Assembly (NCBI GenBank): GCA_965219445.1
Contig: CBDCNQ010000002.1
Span: forward strand, 64,001 to 128,000
DNA: 64,000 nt
Direction of reading: 5' to 3'
Source: Longimicrobiales bacterium
Lineage (GTDB): Bacteria > Gemmatimonadota > Gemmatimonadetes > Longimicrobiales > Gaopeijiaceae
Part shown: positions 32,138-41,917 of the stretch, one piece after another
How positions within the stretch are numbered: position 1 is the stretch's first letter
How the letters are laid out: each line of letters starts with the position of its first letter
Translations under genes and position numbers: made by a program
Notes under the pieces: generated by a model
Database searches by the model: none
What the model was told of the DNA's origin: nothing
What the model saw: only the letters and a program-made list of their open reading frames with translations

Positions 32138-32886
32138 CGGACCTGGAGCCGGCGAGACCGCCGGGCTGGGTGTCCAGCTTCCTCAGGCAGTTCATGATCC
32201 AGGGATCCTGGAACTATCGTTCGATATTGGGCTCGGGATTCGCCTTCTGCATGATTCCCCTGCTCCGTAAACGTGGGCTCTCGGGGGACGGCCTAGACGA
32301 TGCTGTTCGGAGTCAAATGGGGACCTTCAACGCCCACCCCTATCTCGCGGGGGTCGCACTCGGAGCCGTAGCCCGGATGGAGAGTATGGGTACGGACGCC
32401 GAGACGATCGAGAGGTTCAAGCGGGCCGTCCAGGGATCGCTCGGGGGGCTCGGGGATCTCCTGATCTGGGGAGCGTGGCGTCCCGCGACCATTCTGTTGG
32501 CTCTGGTATTCGCTTGGGCTGGAGCCCCGCCTTGGGTTCCCGTATGCGTATTCCTGACCGTATATAATGGGGGGCACTTGGCGCTACGCTGGTGGGGGTA
32601 CAGTCGGGGCCTTCAGTACGGCAAGGATGTGGGTGTGCGGCTTCGGGAAGCCGGACTTTCGCGGCTGGCCGAGCGCGCCTTTTCGGGAGGTGCGCTCCTT
32701 CTCGGGATCTTGCTCGGGGCATTTCTTGTGAGCCACTTTGCCTCTGTGGACGCCGGCGGACTTTGGTCGTTCGCTGGAATTGCCGCGTTTGGACTGGGGC
32801 TCAGGTTTGGGCACCGTGCTCTGCGGGGGACCACGCTCGTCATTGTTCTCGTCATCACGTTGCTCACGGCGCTGGGAAACGCATGA
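32134..32886 (+). CDS. PTS mannose-family EIID
   Basis: QGSWNY, FNAHPY, GGLGD..W. Confidence 0.88.
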   Translation: MTDLEPARPPGWVSSFLRQFMIQGSWNYRSILGSGFAFCMIPLLRKRGLSGDGLDDAVRSQMGTFNAHPYLAGVALGAVARMESMGTDAETIERFKRAVQGSLGGLGDLLIWGAWRPATILLALVFAWAGAPPWVPVCVFLTVYNGGHLALRWWGYSRGLQYGKDVGVRLREAGLSRLAERAFSGGALLLGILLGAFLVSHFASVDAGGLWSFAGIAAFGLGLRFGHRALRGTTLVIVLVITLLTALGNA

Positions 32887-33170
32887 CCGACAACCGGATC
32901 GAACGCTGGGTGGAGATCGTCAATCCACTGGGCTTTCATGCCCGTCCGGCGGCGGAGTTCGTGCGGTTGGCTGCATCGTTTGATTCCGATCTGTGGCTCG
33001 AAAAGGACGGTGTGGAGGTGAACGCCAAGAGCATCATGGGGGTGCTTATGTTGGCGGCGGAGGTGGGATCGCAGCTGGTGATCCGTGGAAACGGTCTAGA
33101 CGCAGAAGACGCCATTGCCGCTCTGGCGGACCTGATCACCAGAGGTTTCGAGGAGATGCACGGTGTCTAA
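32883..33170 (+). CDS. ptsH: Phosphocarrier protein HPr
   Basis: GFHARPAA (His15), NAKSIMG (Ser46). Confidence 0.95.
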   Translation: MTDNRIERWVEIVNPLGFHARPAAEFVRLAASFDSDLWLEKDGVEVNAKSIMGVLMLAAEVGSQLVIRGNGLDAEDAIAALADLITRGFEEMHGV

Positions 33171-34941
33171 GGTCCTTGACGGCATTGGCGCTTCCGAGGG
33201 GATCGGTGCGGGCCGGGTGCACATCTTGAATTGGGGCGTGCCGGACGTGCCACACCGGTCCATCGATCCCGACGAGGAGGAGGGGGAGGAACAGCATCTT
33301 CGGGAGGTCTTCGAGTGGGCGAAGAAAAGGCTCCTCGACCTCGAGGACTCGACCGAAGAGCGACTCGGTGTGGTGGAGGCGAGAATCTTCGAGCCGCAGC
33401 TTCTCATGTTGGAGGATGAGGAGCTGATCGAGGGTGCTGCACGATACATACGTGACAATCGTCTTTCCGCCGCCCGCGCGTTGGACTGGCGCCTGCTCGA
33501 GCTCCAGGCGAGGTGGAGCCGGACCGCCCACCCCATGGTGCTCGATCGGCTCAATGACCTCCAGGATCTCCAGGTCAGACTGCTGCATCAACTCCTGGGT
33601 CTTCCGGACCCGACTGACGTTTCCGGACTAGGGGAAAACGTCATCATCGTCGCCCGTAATCTGACTCCCAGCCTTACGGTTCAATTCGATCCCGAATTGG
33701 TTCTGGGGATCGCGGCCGATCACGGAACGCGGACTGCTCACTGGGTGATGCTCGCGCGCTCCCTCGGGATTCCCACGGTATGCGGAATGGGCGTCGTGTC
33801 GGAGCAGGCCAGGTCGGGGCAGGAGGCCATCGTAGATGGTCGGATCGGGAGGGTGATCTTGGATCCCGAGGATCACGATCGCACCTTGTTCCGAGGGCGA
33901 GAGAGCCAGATTCTCGCCTGGGAGGAGGAGCTCGAGACCATTGCCCAACTCGAGTCGATCACCGCCGACGAGCAACCCGTAGCGCTCCGCGGGAACTTGG
34001 ATCTGCCGGGAGAGGCGGAGAGGGCTCGCATCCACGGGGCGCAAGGCATCGGCCTGTTCCGAACCGAATTTCTGGTCGTCGGCCAGAATCAAATGCCGGG
34101 TGAAGAGGACCAGTACTTGGCCTATCGAAGCGTTGCCGAGGCTTTCCCCAAACAGGTGGTCACGATACGCACGTTCGATCTCGGCGGCGACAAATTCCCG
34201 ATGTTCCTGCACATGCCCGCGGAGGAGAATCCGTTCCTCGGATGGCGTGCGATCCGTGTTTGCCTGGACGAACCTGAGTTGTTCCGCACGCAGCTGCGAG
34301 CCATCCTCCGAGCCTCCGCCCACGGCGACATTCGGATCATGGTCCCGCTGGTCAACGACGTCGAAGAGATCCGGCAGGTCCGGGAGTTCGTCCAGGAGGA
34401 GGAGGCGCGTCTCCGCCAAAAGGGAATTCCGTTCAACACCGGCAATAAGCTCGGCATCCTGGTGGAAACACCCGCGGCGGCTTTGGAGGCGGTGGAACTG
34501 GCTCGGCACAGTGATTTTTTCTCGATCGGTACGAACGACCTCACCCAATACACACTGGCGGTGGATCGAACGAGCGCGAGGCTGGCCAAGCTCTTCAATC
34601 CCTTCCATCCCGCGGTCGTCCAGCAACTGAGCAGCGTCTCGCGGGTGGCCAAGAACGCTGGCATCGAGGTGAGCGTATGCGGCGAGATGGCCGCGAATCC
34701 GTTGGGCGCCTTTCTGCTGCTTGGGCTCGACATCACGACCCTCTCTGTCGCTTGGCCCTCGCTCCCGGAGGTGAAGAAGATCGTGCGTTGTTTCCGCATG
34801 GAAGACGCGCGACGTGCTGCCAGGGCCGCAGTCACCGCACCGACGAGCCGCGACGTCGTGGAATGCCTGGTGGATGGGATTGGCGGGAGCGTGGACCTGT
34901 CGGCGTTCTCGGGCAGATGGCACCTCCCCACTTTGGATTGA
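33163..34941 (+). CDS. ptsI: PEP-protein phosphotransferase (Enzyme I)
   Basis: RTAH phospho-His, GIGLFRTEF, EENPFLGWRAIR, SIGTNDLTQY, CGEMA. Confidence 0.95.
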   Translation: MSKVLDGIGASEGIGAGRVHILNWGVPDVPHRSIDPDEEEGEEQHLREVFEWAKKRLLDLEDSTEERLGVVEARIFEPQLLMLEDEELIEGAARYIRDNRLSAARALDWRLLELQARWSRTAHPMVLDRLNDLQDLQVRLLHQLLGLPDPTDVSGLGENVIIVARNLTPSLTVQFDPELVLGIAADHGTRTAHWVMLARSLGIPTVCGMGVVSEQARSGQEAIVDGRIGRVILDPEDHDRTLFRGRESQILAWEEELETIAQLESITADEQPVALRGNLDLPGEAERARIHGAQGIGLFRTEFLVVGQNQMPGEEDQYLAYRSVAEAFPKQVVTIRTFDLGGDKFPMFLHMPAEENPFLGWRAIRVCLDEPELFRTQLRAILRASAHGDIRIMVPLVNDVEEIRQVREFVQEEEARLRQKGIPFNTGNKLGILVETPAAALEAVELARHSDFFSIGTNDLTQYTLAVDRTSARLAKLFNPFHPAVVQQLSSVSRVAKNAGIEVSVCGEMAANPLGAFLLLGLDITTLSVAWPSLPEVKKIVRCFRMEDARRAARAAVTAPTSRDVVECLVDGIGGSVDLSAFSGRWHLPTLD

Positions 34942-35000
34942 CGTGGCTGGTGGCGTCGGAATAGCTTTTTCGTTCAGCGAGCGGCCATCGCTTCGCATTC

Positions 35001-35039
35001 CTTGAACAAGCCCTAGAAGAACTTGATTCAGCCCTAGAA
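35001..35039. repeat. Imperfect direct repeat, 21-bp period, upstream of metK
   Basis: cttgaacaagccctagaa / cttgattcagccctagaa. Confidence 0.7.
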
Positions 35040-35059
35040 AAAAAGGTCTCAAGGCACCC

Positions 35060-36238
35060 GTGAGCCATACTCTCTTCACGTCCGAATCCGTCACCGAAGG
35101 CCACCCGGACAAGGTCGCCGATCAGATTTCCGACGCAGTCCTGGACGCCATGCTGAAGGACGACCCGGGGTCCCGGGTGGCGTGTGAGACGCTCGTGACC
35201 ACGGGCTTGGCTGTCGTCGCGGGGGAAATCACCTCCGTCAGCCAGGTCGATGTACCTACGTTGGTACGGAAGACGATCCTCGATATCGGCTATGACGATG
35301 CGGAGTACGGGATCGATGGGACCGCCTGTGAGGTGCTCACGACTATTCACCAACAATCCCCGCACATCGCCATGGGTGTGGACACCGGTGGTGCGGGCGA
35401 CCAGGGTATGATGTTCGGGTACGCCACCGATGAGACCGCGGAGCGCATGCCCGCTCCCATCTCTTACGCCCATGCCCTGGTGCGACAGCTAGCGGCTGTG
35501 AGGCGCAACGGCGCGCTGCCGTGGATCCGCCCGGACGGCAAATCCCAAGTGAGCGTCGCCTATGAAAATGGCCGGCCGCGATCCGTCGACACGGTCGTGG
35601 TCAGCACGCAGCACGCACCGGGCGTTGACAACGACACCATTCGAGAGGGTGTCCTTCGCGAAGTGATCATTCCCGCCATCCCCTCGGAACTTCTCGATCC
35701 CGACACGTGCACGTTTCACATCAATCCGACGGGCCAGTTCGTGATCGGAGGGCCCCACGGGGATACTGGATTGACCGGCCGTAAGATCATCGTCGACACG
35801 TACGGCGGCATGGGCCGGCACGGTGGCGGCGCGTTCAGCGGAAAGGATCCGACCAAAGTCGATCGGTCGGCCGCGTACGCAGCGCGGTGGGCCGCGCGAA
35901 ACCTCGTGGACGCCGGAGTGGCCTCGCGCTGTGAGATTCAGCTTGCCTACGCCATCGGCGTAGCCCGACCGGTGTCGATTCTCGTCGATACCTTCGGGAC
36001 CGGGAAGCTCCCCGATCAGCAGCTGGCGAGTGCCCTCGAGAACGTGTTCGATTTTCGACCCCAGGCGATTATCGACCGACTGAAACTGCGGACGCCGATC
36101 TTTCTTCCGACTGCCGCCCACGGACACTTCGGGCGTACACCGGAATCGCTGTGCCTCCCCGAGGGTGGCTCCGTCGAACTGTTTCCGTGGGAGAGGTCCG
36201 ATCGAGTGGATGATATCCGAACGGAACTGAAGATCTAG
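35060..36238 (+). CDS. metK: Methionine adenosyltransferase
   Basis: [42 protein letters not shown]. Confidence 0.98.
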   Translation: MSHTLFTSESVTEGHPDKVADQISDAVLDAMLKDDPGSRVACETLVTTGLAVVAGEITSVSQVDVPTLVRKTILDIGYDDAEYGIDGTACEVLTTIHQQSPHIAMGVDTGGAGDQGMMFGYATDETAERMPAPISYAHALVRQLAAVRRNGALPWIRPDGKSQVSVAYENGRPRSVDTVVVSTQHAPGVDNDTIREGVLREVIIPAIPSELLDPDTCTFHINPTGQFVIGGPHGDTGLTGRKIIVDTYGGMGRHGGGAFSGKDPTKVDRSAAYAARWAARNLVDAGVASRCEIQLAYAIGVARPVSILVDTFGTGKLPDQQLASALENVFDFRPQAIIDRLKLRTPIFLPTAAHGHFGRTPESLCLPEGGSVELFPWERSDRVDDIRTELKI

Positions 36239-36338
36239 CCGGTAACCCCTGAACGCCTTCGCGTAGAAACTCCCGCTGAACTCCGGAGTATTGGTTGTAT
36301 CGAACGTTGGGCGTCTGAATTTGAAGAAGGCGGAGTCG

Positions 36339-36866
36339 TTGCTCGTTCAAGTTTCCGTACAGAGTCTCGGATTGGACCGTGCGTCCAATACACCGGTGGT
36401 CATCCTCCAGGAGCATGAGGGCGAGCGCGTGCTCCCTATATGGATCGGCCCCGGAGAGGCCAGCGCCATCGCCATGGAACTCGCCGACATGAAGTTCTCA
36501 CGGCCACTCACACATGACCTGCTCGCCTCAGTTGTGGGTGGTCTCGGGGGTGCTCTCCAGAAGGTCATTATCAGCCGGGTCGAAGAGAACACGTATTTCG
36601 CGGAAATGATCATACGGAGAAATGGAGAGGTGATCTCGGTCGACGCCCGTCCTTCGGACTCGATTGCGGTCGCGCTCCGGCTCCAAGCCGATATCTTCGC
36701 TCATGAAACGCTGTTGGAGCGCACACCCCTCGAAGGGCCAGGAGAGTTGACGGTCGGTGAGCCGCCGGTACCTGAGGGGGAGCCCGACACTGAGATGGCT
36801 GCCGAGGAACTCAAGGAGTACCTGCGGAAGCTTGCTCCCGAGGATTTTGGCCGCTTCACTCCGTAG
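36339..36866 (+). CDS. Bifunctional nuclease family protein (DUF151)
   Basis: LPIWIG..EA.AI, RPLTHDL, DARPSDSIA.ALR. Confidence 0.9.
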   Translation: MLVQVSVQSLGLDRASNTPVVILQEHEGERVLPIWIGPGEASAIAMELADMKFSRPLTHDLLASVVGGLGGALQKVIISRVEENTYFAEMIIRRNGEVISVDARPSDSIAVALRLQADIFAHETLLERTPLEGPGELTVGEPPVPEGEPDTEMAAEELKEYLRKLAPEDFGRFTP

Positions 36867-37995
36867 TCTTGCCGCATTCGCGGCGATGCTCGTGTGCGTC
36901 GTTTTGAGCGGGGCGTCCGCCGTCTTGGGCCAGGGCAACCCACCATCTTCTTCGCTCCAACAGGAATCCTCCATTCTCGAAGGGATCGTACTCGAGGGTG
37001 ACTCGACCCTCGATACAGGGACCGTCGTCCTCCACCACGTGGGCCCAGACGGGTCGGGAGAGGTGGATACGATCACTCTAGGGGTGGGGGGTGAATTCCG
37101 TTTCTTGCTTCCGAGCCCGCCGGACGCCGACATCCAGGGTGACGTCTATTTCGCCTCCGTCGACTATCAGGGGGTTATGTATTTCGGGTCCGCGATCACG
37201 GTGCGGGAGCAGCTCGACAGCTTGTACGTGGTTCAAGTATACCAAGCGGAAGAGGTGCCACCGGAGGGCGTGTCTCTACCGGTGGAGGTACGCACCATGT
37301 TCATCGAGTTTGCCGGCGAGTGGGTCGTAACTGACCTTTTCGCTCTCGATAATCGGGGCACCCGAACCCTCGTGGCGCAGGACGACGGTGTGGTGTGGAG
37401 TTATCCTCTCCCTTCGGGGGCTACCCGGGCGGAACTGGGGGAGGGCGACATGCCACCGGGCGCGGTCACGTTCGAAGGGGGACGAGTCTTCGTCACTGCT
37501 CCGCTTCCTCCCGGAGACCGGCTACTCATGATCCGGTACCAACTCGAGGATTTGGGATTTACGATTCCCGCTCCGGGGAGAACCGAGGTGTTCGAGGTCC
37601 TGGTCAAGGAGCCCGCCCCACCGTTTCGGGTGGAGGGCTTGGAACCCGTGGACGTCGTGGCTGTCTCGCCGGGATCCTCCTATCGCCGCTATGGGGGGGC
37701 CGAACTGATGGACCGGAATCTCACGATAGTGGAGACTGAGGACCGAAGTCCCCCTCCGTTCGAATGGCTCGCAGTGTTGACCGCCGCGATGTTGGCGGTG
37801 GGCGGATTCCTCACGTACGCACGTCCGCGAACACCAGTACCGGCGTGGGCGGATGGGGGGTTGGGGCGTGAAGCGCTGATCCTGGAGGTGGCCCGGGTCG
37901 ACGATGCGCTTGATGAAGTGCCAGAGCCCGAGACGCGAACGGAGCTCCGCGAGCGGCGTGTAGCACTTCTGTCTCTTCTCCGGAATAGCGACTGA
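36847..37995 (+). CDS. Hypothetical membrane-anchored protein (signal peptide, beta-sandwich domains, C-terminal TM and helical tail)
   Basis: Hydrophobic N-terminus; TM WLAVLTAAMLAVGGFL; fills the gap to recO; start uncertain. Confidence 0.65.
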   Translation: MAASLRSLAAFAAMLVCVVLSGASAVLGQGNPPSSSLQQESSILEGIVLEGDSTLDTGTVVLHHVGPDGSGEVDTITLGVGGEFRFLLPSPPDADIQGDVYFASVDYQGVMYFGSAITVREQLDSLYVVQVYQAEEVPPEGVSLPVEVRTMFIEFAGEWVVTDLFALDNRGTRTLVAQDDGVVWSYPLPSGATRAELGEGDMPPGAVTFEGGRVFVTAPLPPGDRLLMIRYQLEDLGFTIPAPGRTEVFEVLVKEPAPPFRVEGLEPVDVVAVSPGSSYRRYGGAELMDRNLTIVETEDRSPPPFEWLAVLTAAMLAVGGFLTYARPRTPVPAWADGGLGREALILEVARVDDALDEVPEPETRTELRERRVALLSLLRNSD

Positions 37996-38009
37996 CGAGT
38001 AGGGGCGAG

Positions 38010-38762
38010 ATGACGGTCGTCAGCACTCCGGCGGTTCTACTCAGGTCCTTCGATTACAGTGAAACGAGTCGAGTCCTCAAACTCTATACCAGGGACGTGG
38101 GACTCGTCAGCGTCATGGCGAAGGGCATCCGCCGAGGTGGAGCCCGCGGGCAGGGCGGCCTAGACACGTTCTCCCGAGGCGAACTCACGGCTTACATGCG
38201 GCCGACCCGTGATCTCCAGACGTTCAAGGAATTCGCGGTCGAACAAGCCGGTGCGTCTCTCGGGAAAGACGTGCTTCGCTTCGCGGGCGCTTCGTTACTC
38301 GCGGAGATCGTGCTCTTGCACGCCGCACCCGACCCGAGCCCCCAGGTATTCGAGCGCCTCACGGGTGCATTGGGGCGGATCGAAGCCGGGCCCCGGGTCG
38401 GAATTGTCGGAGCCGTGCTAGCCGAAGCGTGGATGCTCGTGAACACACTCGGATACGAGCCACAGATCGACGAGTGTGTCCATTGCGGCAGGCCGCTCGA
38501 CGCCTCGGAGGTGTCGCGCTTCGATTTTTCTGCCGGGGGCGTGCGCTGCTCCGACTGTGCTTTCGATCATTCGGGGCCCCTGGTGGGCCCGGGTGCCCGG
38601 CGTCAACTGGTCGCGTTACTCCAAGGGACGGTACCCGCAGCACTCGGGAAGCCCAGAGCCCATCTGCGCCTGCTGCATGACTTCGTGACCTATCACGTTT
38701 CCGGCTCGAAGCCCCTCAAGACCTTCCGAGTTTTCGGCGCAGTGGCGGGCTTCGACGAGTGA
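38010..38762 (+). CDS. recO: DNA repair protein RecO
   Basis: LRSFDYSETS, MAKGIRR, CVHC..CSDC zinc finger. Confidence 0.92.
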   Translation: MTVVSTPAVLLRSFDYSETSRVLKLYTRDVGLVSVMAKGIRRGGARGQGGLDTFSRGELTAYMRPTRDLQTFKEFAVEQAGASLGKDVLRFAGASLLAEIVLLHAAPDPSPQVFERLTGALGRIEAGPRVGIVGAVLAEAWMLVNTLGYEPQIDECVHCGRPLDASEVSRFDFSAGGVRCSDCAFDHSGPLVGPGARRQLVALLQGTVPAALGKPRAHLRLLHDFVTYHVSGSKPLKTFRVFGAVAGFDE

Positions 38763-40675
38763 ATCAGAAGCGCCTGATCCTCGGTACCGCCGGCCATATC
38801 GATCACGGGAAGACGGCGCTTGTGAAGTTGCTGACCGGTGTGGATACCGATCGCCTTCAAGAAGAGAAGGCCCGCGGAATCACGATCGAGCTCGGATTCG
38901 CAGACTTCGCACCCAGGGAGGACCTCCGAATGGGGGTGGTCGACGTCCCGGGCCACGAGGGTTTCATCCGCAACATGCTCGCGGGTGCCACGGGTATGGA
39001 CCTAGTCCTGATGGTGGTGGCGGCCGACGAGGGAATGATGCCGCAAACCCGGGAGCACCTTGAGATCATCCGCCTGCTCGGCGTCGAGCAAATAGTGGTC
39101 GCCTTGACCAAATCCGACCTCGTGGAAGAGGAGTGGCTCCCGCTGGTCGAGGAGGAGGTGCGAGAGGCCCTTCGGGAGTCGCCCTACAGCCAGGCGCCCC
39201 TCGTGGTCACATCGACCGTGACCGGCGCCGGGATCGAGACGCTCGAGGACAAATTGGTGGAGATCGCCGAGAGAGTAGGGAATCGTTCGAGCGAGGACCT
39301 CATCCGGCTGCCGATCGATCGGGCCTTTACGGTCAGGGGGACGGGAACGGTAGTTACAGGGACCCTCTGGAGCGGGCGCCTCTCCATCGGCGACGCTGTG
39401 GTCCTACAGCCATCCGGCGTCCGTGGGCGAGTGCGAGGTCTCCAGGTACACAGCGCTTCGGTCGAGCACGCTGGGGCGGGGGAGCGCACGGCGGTGGCGA
39501 TCACCGGCGGGGAAATCGATCTCGATACCGCCGAGCGCGGTCAGGTCCTCGTAGCCGATGGCGCTTGGGGGGCGACTGGAATGCTCACAGTGCAGCTGCG
39601 CGTCGTTCACGGGACGGGGTGGACGGTCAAACATGGTCAGCGCGTCCGTGTACACCTCGGTACCACGGAGGTGATGGCCCGCGTGGTCACGCTGGAGGGG
39701 GGCGAGGTGCGGCCGGGGGAAGAGGGGTGGGCCCAGCTTCGCTTGGAGCGGCCACTCTTGGCACGAACGCGGGACCGGTTCGTGATCCGGTCTTACTCCC
39801 CCGTGACCACGATCGGAGGAGGCGTCGTCGTCGAGGCTCTCCCAGCAAAACGAAAGAAACTGCGTAACAATGAGGCCTCGGAGTTGAATGCGATCATCCA
39901 CGGGGAGGCCGAGGCGGCTCTCAGTGCCGCACTTCGGTTGACTTCTTGGAGAGGGATTGCCGTGGACGAAGTGTCGGTACGTACGGGCCTTTCGCCCGCG
40001 GCGGCCAGGGCGGCGAGAATAGCGCTCGTCGAGGACGGGGCCCGCGAGGCCGGAGGTCGGCTATTCGACGTGTCGATCGTCGAGGCGTCTCGAACGCTCA
40101 TGAATGACGCCGTCGACGCATTCCATAGAGACGAACCCCTTCGCGCCGGCATCACGGTGGAACTATTACGCCAGACAGTACCGACCCACGATGAAGGACG
40201 ACTCGCCGACCTCCTCTTGAGTGAAGCCGTCACGTCCGGATCCATAGAGGTCCGGGACAGCGTCGTGTCGCGGCCCGGATATGAGCCCGTGGTAACCGAT
40301 CGGCAGCGAGATGTCATGAACGAGGTGCTGGATCTCTACCGGAAAGCCGGGTTGGCGGCTCCCATGGTCTCGGAGCTGCCAGAGACAATACGGGACCGCG
40401 ACGATCTCTGGCCCCTCTTGAAGCTGTTGGAGCGTCGAGGTCATCTGGTTGCGTTGGAGAACGAGCTCTTCATCGACGCCGAGCGGTTTTCAGCGGCGGC
40501 CGAGCGGGTTGCAACGGAGCTCGCCGGCGCGACCGGACTGGGCCCCGCTGACTTCCGTGAATTGCTTCCCGTGACCCGCAAGCACTTGATCCCCATCCTG
40601 AGTCACTTCGATCAAACCGGACTGACGACGCGGGGGCCGGGCGGGAGAAACGTCGGTACGAGGAGACAAAGTTAG
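38759..40675 (+). CDS. selB: Selenocysteine-specific elongation factor
   Basis: GTAGHIDHGKT, EEKARGITIELGF, DVPGHE, TKSD; C-terminal winged helices ending TRKHLIP. Confidence 0.95.
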   Translation: MNQKRLILGTAGHIDHGKTALVKLLTGVDTDRLQEEKARGITIELGFADFAPREDLRMGVVDVPGHEGFIRNMLAGATGMDLVLMVVAADEGMMPQTREHLEIIRLLGVEQIVVALTKSDLVEEEWLPLVEEEVREALRESPYSQAPLVVTSTVTGAGIETLEDKLVEIAERVGNRSSEDLIRLPIDRAFTVRGTGTVVTGTLWSGRLSIGDAVVLQPSGVRGRVRGLQVHSASVEHAGAGERTAVAITGGEIDLDTAERGQVLVADGAWGATGMLTVQLRVVHGTGWTVKHGQRVRVHLGTTEVMARVVTLEGGEVRPGEEGWAQLRLERPLLARTRDRFVIRSYSPVTTIGGGVVVEALPAKRKKLRNNEASELNAIIHGEAEAALSAALRLTSWRGIAVDEVSVRTGLSPAAARAARIALVEDGAREAGGRLFDVSIVEASRTLMNDAVDAFHRDEPLRAGITVELLRQTVPTHDEGRLADLLLSEAVTSGSIEVRDSVVSRPGYEPVVTDRQRDVMNEVLDLYRKAGLAAPMVSELPETIRDRDDLWPLLKLLERRGHLVALENELFIDAERFSAAAERVATELAGATGLGPADFRELLPVTRKHLIPILSHFDQTGLTTRGPGGRNVGTRRQS

Positions 40676-40682
40676 GCAGGGG

Positions 40683-40712
40683 GGAACCAAATCAGGTGGA
40701 ACGGAGTCCTAA
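40683..40712 (+). promoter_or_regulatory. Possible ECF sigma promoter
   Basis: GGAACC-N17-GTCCTAA, resembling the ECF GGAAC/GTC consensus. Confidence 0.3.
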
Positions 40713-40857
40713 GGAACCAGGCGCGTTGGGGCCTGGAGAAGAGCGGTCTTTTCCACGATTTCGTGGCCTGTTATTGTGGATGTAACCGAGTAGGGTGCGA
40801 GTGGCAATCACCATGGAGGGCGATTAGTCCAACAGCTACGGCATAGGTGGATAAAGC

Positions 40858-41304
40858 ATGGGACGCATGCGGGGCGTCGTCCTGCTTTCTGCGCTTCTTG
40901 GCCTTGCGCCGGGAATTTCGGCCCAGGACCCCCCGGATGATTCAAGACCGGCCGGGGAGCAAGAAAGCGGATTTACACTTGGGCAGAACTATCCCAATCC
41001 GTTCAACCCTGAGACCAGGATTCCTTTCGATCTCCTCGAAGTCCTGTTTTCAGATGGACGAACGGCCATTGTATCCGTCCGCATCTACAACGTCCTCCAG
41101 CAGTTTGTCGCCACCCCGACTGCACTCGGTCACACGAGCGGACAAGCTCCCCTCGTCGATCTCGAATACGTGACTCCGGGCCGGTACGAGGCGTATTGGG
41201 ATGGGCTCGATCAGTCCGGTCGAGAGGTGGCCTCGGGCATTTACTTCGTACAGCTGACCGTGAACGGCGCTACTGCCGTAATGCGGATGTACGTGGCGAA
41301 GTAG
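40858..41304 (+). CDS. Small exported protein made of a T9SS type A sorting / FlgD-Ig-like domain
   Basis: Signal peptide, then LGQNYPNPFNP, IYNVL, WDGLD..G..VASGIYF. Confidence 0.8.
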   Translation: MGRMRGVVLLSALLGLAPGISAQDPPDDSRPAGEQESGFTLGQNYPNPFNPETRIPFDLLEVLFSDGRTAIVSVRIYNVLQQFVATPTALGHTSGQAPLVDLEYVTPGRYEAYWDGLDQSGREVASGIYFVQLTVNGATAVMRMYVAK

Positions 41305-41305
41305 C

Positions 41306-41758
41306 TCAGGTCGCCCTCTCCTCCAACAACGTCAGAAAATCTTCAGGACTCTCCAGACCAGCCAATAGGCTCGGTACGTCATCGTCCTTCGCGAATTGGG
41401 CGATCTTGCCGAGGACCGGAAGGTACTGATTGGATACCTCGAGTGGGGGCGCCACAATGAGGAAGAAGTTGGACACGGGTTCATCGTCGATGGCCTTGAA
41501 TTCGACCCCTCCCGGCTTCCTCCCAAAGGCAAGTTGGAGACGGTTCACCACCAGAGACCGACAGTGGGGAATTGCTATTCCACGTCCGATTCCCGTCGAT
41601 CCAAGGTTCTCTCGGCGCTTGAGAGTCTTGTAGAGAATCCCCTTCGACTTTTCATCGAGCTGGAGAAGAGAGACCAGTTGCTTGACCGTCTCGTCTTTCG
41701 ACTCCGCAGTGAGATTGAGGTTCACGACATCGGCCGTGAACAGTTCCCTGAGCTTCAT
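41306..41758 (-). CDS. PTS EIIA (PtsN/fructose-type)
   Basis: RRENLGSTGIGRGIAIPH. Confidence 0.9.
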   Translation of the reverse strand: MKLRELFTADVVNLNLTAESKDETVKQLVSLLQLDEKSKGILYKTLKRRENLGSTGIGRGIAIPHCRSLVVNRLQLAFGRKPGGVEFKAIDDEPVSNFFLIVAPPLEVSNQYLPVLGKIAQFAKDDDVPSLLAGLESPEDFLTLLEERAT

Positions 41759-41917
41759 ATGTGCACCTCGGAAGGGGGCGACCCTTCGTGGATTCGAGAT
41801 CCGTGAGCAATGACCGTGGAATATCTTCGGCGATCCAAGGACTGTCAAAGCTTAGACGGCTGTTGAAGAAATTACTGGCCCTTCACCCGTGTTCAGCCGG
41901 ACCCTACCTTTCTTTAC

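Noticed and set aside
33628..35112. Long antisense ORFs over ptsI and other core genes
   Set aside because: Expected shadow ORFs in high-GC coding DNA; no motifs
40676..40857. tRNA-Sec next to selB
   Set aside because: No cloverleaf, TCA anticodon arm or T-loop found
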